The notes under the pieces are model-generated. The model had not been told where the DNA came from, did no database searches, and was given only the letters and a program-made list of their open reading frames with translations. 64,000 nt of DNA from Thermoplasmata archaeon (GTDB lineage: Archaea > Thermoplasmatota > Thermoplasmata > Lutacidiplasmatales > UBA184): positions 26 to 64,025 of the forward strand of contig JASHPK010000035.1 of assembly GCA_030038095.1 (NCBI GenBank), read 5' to 3'. Within the stretch, counting starts at the first letter, position 1. Each line of letters starts with the position of its first letter. A program made the translations under genes and the position numbers. Shown here piece after piece: positions 59,634 through 64,000 of this stretch.

Positions 59634-60449
59634 TCACGCGGGTCCGAGCGGGCCGGGCCGGCTCGACACGTCCCTCAGGACGGGGCGGAACGGGCGCCAC
59701 CGACCCGATTCGTGCGGATCGACCTCGACCTCGAGGACCGACTCCTCGGCGGCCAAGCCCTCGACCGTGCGGCGTTCGAGGACCATCGGTTCGCCGCGAG
59801 CGTCCCACGCCGCCGAACCCCCGCCGAAGACGAGGCCGTCCTCCACGCCGACCCGGTTCACGTAGACGACCGGCAGCCCGTTCTCGATCGCCCGCGCCGG
59901 GAGCAGTCGTTCAAAGAGCCGTCGGCTCGTCACCGGGGAGGCGCTGACCACGACGACGATCTCGGCGCCGCCGAGGGCGAGATCGCGCGAGACCTCGGGA
60001 AAGAAGGTGTCGTAGCAGATCTCGAAGCCGATCCGCCGCTCCCCGAGCGCGATCGGGAGGCTCCGGTCGGTGGGCGTGAAGACGATGCCCTCCTCGAACG
60101 GTCCGAACGTCGGGAGGTAGCGCTTGATCTGGACTCCGAGGTGGCCGTCGGGCGCGGCGACGAGCACGACGTTCTCCACCTCTCCGCGACGCGTCGGGGA
60201 GGCCCGGGGCGCCCCGACCGCGATCCCGCACCCGGTCTCCCCGGCGAGCGCCCGGAGCCGGGGAAGCGTCGTATCCCCCTCCCGGACCGCGAGCGTGTGG
60301 AACCGGTCCCCGACCCGGTACCCCGAGAGGAAGAGTTCCGGGAAGACGGCGAGGTCGGCCGGTCCGGCCCGCACGACCTTCTCGAGCCGATCCAGGTTCC
60401 GGCCGAGGTCCCCCGGGGCCGGCGCGAGCTCGGCGAGCCGCAGACGCAT
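59634..60449 (-). CDS. Carbon-nitrogen hydrolase (nitrilase superfamily)
   Basis: VFPELFLSGY, KRYL, EICYDTFFPE (E-K-C triad), RAIEN. Confidence 0.9.
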   Translation of the reverse strand: MRLRLAELAPAPGDLGRNLDRLEKVVRAGPADLAVFPELFLSGYRVGDRFHTLAVREGDTTLPRLRALAGETGCGIAVGAPRASPTRRGEVENVVLVAAPDGHLGVQIKRYLPTFGPFEEGIVFTPTDRSLPIALGERRIGFEICYDTFFPEVSRDLALGGAEIVVVVSASPVTSRRLFERLLPARAIENGLPVVYVNRVGVEDGLVFGGGSAAWDARGEPMVLERRTVEGLAAEESVLEVEVDPHESGRWRPFRPVLRDVSSRPGPLGPA

Positions 60450-60919
60450 CAGTAGAAGTACCGCCGGACGGCGAGGAGGTAGACGAACAGGAGCACGAAG
60501 AGGACGAAGAGGACCGTGATCGACCCGGTGAAGAACAGGTACGCCGTCGACGCGAAGACGAGGATGATCGTCGTCCAGAGGGCCCACGTCTCCTGGCGCC
60601 AGAGGGAGGTCGCGATCGCGAGGAGGGTCGCGCCGAGCACGGCGAGGATCGCCGCGCCGTAGATGTCGATGGACGGGAAGATCTCGAAGACCGACGGGAC
60701 GACGTTGCCCACGACGGCGTTGAGCAGGAACAGCAGCCCCGCGAGCAGCATGACGACCCCGAGCAGCGCGATCAGCACCGACACCACGGCGATGCCGAGC
60801 GGGAGCCGGGGACGGGCCGACGTCGGCTCCCAGTGCGGCGGGAGCTGGTCGAACTCGACCGGCCCCGCGCCCCCCGCATCGGACGTGGCGCTCGCCTGGA
60901 GGTAGGACGTGGCGCTCAT
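60449..60919 (-). CDS. Small 4-TM membrane protein
   Basis: Four hydrophobic helices, ends VRRYFY; TGATG coupling to the hydrolase gene. Confidence 0.75.
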   Translation of the reverse strand: MSATSYLQASATSDAGGAGPVEFDQLPPHWEPTSARPRLPLGIAVVSVLIALLGVVMLLAGLLFLLNAVVGNVVPSVFEIFPSIDIYGAAILAVLGATLLAIATSLWRQETWALWTTIILVFASTAYLFFTGSITVLFVLFVLLFVYLLAVRRYFY

Positions 60920-60991
60920 GCCGGTTCGCTCCCGCGGCCCATCGACCCCGCGAAGGGAAGATGTAGCTTTCGTTCGAGGGGCGCGGGGCGC

Positions 60992-62050
60992 CTAGAAGCG
61001 CCGCTCGGCGGCGCCTCGCGCGAGCCGCTCGAGCAGGTGCCGGTACGGCGACGGCGGGACCGGCTCGAGCGCCTGCACCGCGCGATCGGCCCACTGCGCC
61101 GCCTCCGCCGCGACGACCTCCGCCGCCCCGGTCGAATCGGTGAGCTCCTTCAGGCGCAGCAGGTGCTTCGTGCGCTTGCGGCGGAGCTGGAAGAGGGTCT
61201 CGAACTCCGCCATCCGCCTCGGGTCGAGCCGGAGGTACGCCTCGAGCGAGACGACCGTGGGATTCCCTTCGCGGAAGTCGGTGAAGAGCGGCTTGCCGAG
61301 GAGGTCCGGGTCCCCGTAGACGTCGAGCAGGTCGTCCCGGATCTGGAAGGCGATGCCGAGCGCTCGGCCGTACGCCTGCAGGGCGTCGATCCTCGGCGGC
61401 GTCGCCTCGGCGATCTCGGCGACCGATCCGAGCGCCGCGGCGATGATCGCCGCCGTCTTCCGCTCGACGACGCGGAAGTAGTGCTCGCGCCCGGTGGAGA
61501 GGTCGAACCGGCACGACTCCTGGAGGACCTCGCCCTCGACCAGGTCGGCGCACGACTCCCCGCAGCGCAGGATGATCGACTTCGGGTACTCGGCGGCGAG
61601 CTCGAAGGCGCGGACGAACAGGTAGTCCCCCGAGACGATGGCGAGCGGCACCCCGAAGGCGCGGGGCATCGACGGCCGGCCGCGCCGGGTCTCGGCGTGG
61701 TCGATCACGTCGTCGTGGACGAGGGTTGCCGTGTGGATCAGCTGGAACGCCGCCGCGAGCGAGTGGATCGGCCGCGTCGACTCCGCGCCGAGGGCCCGCA
61801 GCGCGACCGCCATGAGCAGCGGCCGGACGCGCTTGCCGCCGGTCGAGCAGGCGTAGCGGGCCGCCTCGGTGAGCTGGGTGTAGGTCGAGCCGAGGACCTG
61901 CTGGAGCCGCCAGTCGATGTCCGAGAGGTCGCGGACGAGCACCGGCAGGAGCTCCGCGAGCTCGCTGGCCGTCGCGGTGCCGAGCGTCTGCGAGACCAGC
62001 GCCTCGAGCGACGGTTCGACCGGCTCGGAGGCGGAGGTCGGGCTGGTCAC
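60992..62050 (-). CDS. Trans-polyprenyl diphosphate synthase
   Basis: GGKRVRP, HTATLVHDDVID..RRG (FARM), KTA, FQIRDDLLD (SARM). Confidence 0.92.
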   Translation of the reverse strand: MTSPTSASEPVEPSLEALVSQTLGTATASELAELLPVLVRDLSDIDWRLQQVLGSTYTQLTEAARYACSTGGKRVRPLLMAVALRALGAESTRPIHSLAAAFQLIHTATLVHDDVIDHAETRRGRPSMPRAFGVPLAIVSGDYLFVRAFELAAEYPKSIILRCGESCADLVEGEVLQESCRFDLSTGREHYFRVVERKTAAIIAAALGSVAEIAEATPPRIDALQAYGRALGIAFQIRDDLLDVYGDPDLLGKPLFTDFREGNPTVVSLEAYLRLDPRRMAEFETLFQLRRKRTKHLLRLKELTDSTGAAEVVAAEAAQWADRAVQALEPVPPSPYRHLLERLARGAAERRF

Positions 62051-63147
62051 GAGTTCCTCCCGAGGCGCGGGGGCCAGCGCAGCCGCATCATCTCGTCGAG
62101 ACCCGAAGCCCCGATATAGCGCATCCCCAGCGCCAGGAGCGGGTCGAACGAGGCGATCCGCTCGCTGAACCGCTGGATCCGGGCGGCGCGCTCGAGGGGA
62201 CGGAAGAGCGCGGCGCGCCAGGCGCGGTCGTAGTCGGCGAGCGGAGCGCCCGAGCGGCAGTGCCCGGCCGCCGCCCGCCCCGCGAGCCAGCCGCTGAGCA
62301 TCGCGGTCGGGATCCCGCCGCCGTTGGTCGCCATGACGAGGTTCGCGGCATCGCCGGCGAGGAGCGAACGGCCCCGGACGAGGCTCTCGGGCGGGGGTCC
62401 GACGGGGACCCACCACCGGGTCCGGTCGCGGACCGGGCCGAGGCCGTGGTCCCGGACGAGGTCGTCCAGGAGGCGGTCGAGGGGCCGGCTCCGCGGGAGC
62501 GTCGCCACGCCGAGGCCGACGTTCGCGTCGAAGGCGCGGGGGAAGACCCAGGCGTACCCGCCGGGGGCGTCGCGGCCGAAGTAGAGGTCGATCCCGTCGC
62601 CGAGCGGCGCGTCGATCGTCGCCGTGATCATGCGGAACAGCACGCGGGGCGGCGCGAAGCCGACCGACCGGGCGACGGTGGAGAGGGGGCCATCGGCCCC
62701 GACCACGACGCGGGCGCGGACCCGGTCGCCGTCGGCGAGGACGACCTCATCGTCGTGCACGCCCGTGACGCCCGCGGGATACCGGAGCTCGGCGCCCGAG
62801 CCCTCCGCCCGGTGGGCGAGCGCCTTATCGAAGGCCCGGCGGGAGACCGTGCACCCCTCGAGGGGAAAGCGGAACCGGTGCCCGTAGGGGGAGATGCAGG
62901 TCATCCAGCGGGTCTCGCGCTGCACGGTGGCCGCCGGGACCTCGTACGCCGCGGCGATCAGCGCCGGACACGGCAGGAGGTCCGCGAGCTCGCGGGCGGA
63001 CGGCAGGAACTCCCCGCACTGCACCGGATGGCCGAGCTCGGCGCGGTGGTCGAGGAGGAGGGTCGTGGCCCCGCCTTCCACGGCCGCCCGGGCGGCCAGC
63101 GAGCCGGCCGGGCCGGCTCCGACCACCACAACGTCGAACCCTTCCAC
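62047..63147 (-). CDS. Geranylgeranyl reductase family flavoprotein
   Basis: VVGAGPAGS, QCGE, PGGYAWVFP, GDAA, GGGI. Confidence 0.9.
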   Translation of the reverse strand: MEGFDVVVVGAGPAGSLAARAAVEGGATTLLLDHRAELGHPVQCGEFLPSARELADLLPCPALIAAAYEVPAATVQRETRWMTCISPYGHRFRFPLEGCTVSRRAFDKALAHRAEGSGAELRYPAGVTGVHDDEVVLADGDRVRARVVVGADGPLSTVARSVGFAPPRVLFRMITATIDAPLGDGIDLYFGRDAPGGYAWVFPRAFDANVGLGVATLPRSRPLDRLLDDLVRDHGLGPVRDRTRWWVPVGPPPESLVRGRSLLAGDAANLVMATNGGGIPTAMLSGWLAGRAAAGHCRSGAPLADYDRAWRAALFRPLERAARIQRFSERIASFDPLLALGMRYIGASGLDEMMRLRWPPRLGRNS

Positions 63148-63151
63148 GGGC

Positions 63152-64000
63152 CTACCCTCCGAGGCTCACGAAGTGCTGGGCGGCCGTCTGGATCGCCCCC
63201 AGGACGGGCTGGGGGTAGACGCCGAGGACGACGATCGCGACCGCGATGATCGCGATCGCGGCGGCGCGCCCGTAGCCGAGTCCTCCCGCGGGGAGGATCG
63301 GGGGCCCGGACCCGCCGACGACCGCCCCGGCGGGGAGCGGGGCCGCCGGCGCCGGGGCGTCGAAGAACATCACCTTGAGGACGCGCGCGTAGTAGAACAC
63401 GCTGAGCGCGCTGTTGAGGAGGCCCGCGACCGCCAGCCAGACGAAGTAGCCCCGCGCATCGACCGCGGCGCTGAAGAGGACGAACTTCGACACGAAGCCG
63501 ATCGTGAGCGGGACCCCGGCGAGGGAGAGCAGCATGAGACCGAACGCCGTCCCGAGAAACGGACGCCGGACCCCAAGCCCCTTCCAGTCGTCGATCAGCG
63601 GCCCGACGCCGAGCGCTCCGACCCCGGCGACGACGAGGAAGGCGCCGCCCTTCATCAGCACGTGCGCGAGGATCTGCAGGGTCGCCCCCGCGAGGGCCGG
63701 CGAGGAGCCGATCGCGACCCCGATCATCATGTAGCCCGCCTGGCTGATCGACGAGTAGGCGAGCATCCGCTTCATCTCCTTCTGGAGGAGCGCGAGCAGG
63801 TTCCCGACCGTCATCGTGAGGACGGCGAGGACCGCGAGGGTCAGCTGGAGGATCGGACCGAGGTTGACCGGGCCGACGCCGAACGGGAGCTCGCTGGTGC
63901 CCGAGAGGTGCGTCGCCAGGATCGGGCCCAGGAAGACGAGGAAGAACGCGAAGAGCCCGATCTTCTTCGTCCCGCCCGCGAGGAACGCCGACACGTCGGA
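63152..64000 (-). CDS. nuoN: Complex I-like subunit N, 5'-truncated by window edge
   Basis: SAFLA..KK, GNLLAL.Q, KRMLAYSSISQAGY, LSLAGVP.TIGF.SKF, FYYARV. Confidence 0.93.
   Translation of the reverse strand, partial: SDVSAFLAGGTKKIGLFAFFLVFLGPILATHLSGTSELPFGVGPVNLGPILQLTLAVLAVLTMTVGNLLALLQKEMKRMLAYSSISQAGYMMIGVAIGSSPALAGATLQILAHVLMKGGAFLVVAGVGALGVGPLIDDWKGLGVRRPFLGTAFGLMLLSLAGVPLTIGFVSKFVLFSAAVDARGYFVWLAVAGLLNSALSVFYYARVLKVMFFDAPAPAAPLPAGAVVGGSGPPILPAGGLGYGRAAAIAIIAVAIVVLGVYPQPVLGAIQTAAQHFVSLGG

Overview
GC-rich archaeal chromosomal segment, most consistent with a non-Thermoplasmatales member of Thermoplasmata. This is an inference from the gene set: topoisomerase VI A/B, TiaS, RaSEA, RbkR, aEF-1beta, eL41, AglB, geranylgeranyl reductase, and bacterial-type DnaK and NuoN. 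The content is mostly housekeeping: TCA genes (citrate synthase, sucCD, 2-oxoacid:ferredoxin oxidoreductase), tRNA charging and modification, cofactor synthesis (nadE, coaBC, RbkR), N-glycosylation and isoprenoid genes, plus a patch of small accessory genes at about 36.6-46.3 kb. No CRISPR array, transposase, integrase or prophage is evident. Main observations: (1) both tRNA genes (Ala-GGC, His-GTG) carry related 30-33 nt introns at the same non-canonical T-loop site (59/60) with BHB-type junctions; (2) tiaS has no in-frame ATG/GTG/TTG before its conserved N-terminus and appears to start at ATC; (3) a leuA/C/D/B-like chain-elongation operon is coupled to a thiolase/DUF35 pair and divergent from an OFOR; (4) a roughly 2200-aa AglB is fused to a very large sequon-rich surface domain; (5) a roughly 480-nt hairpin- and repeat-dense intergenic element lies at about 41.97-42.45 kb. 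All protein calls rest on motifs recognised by eye; no database searches were run, and start codons are best estimates.
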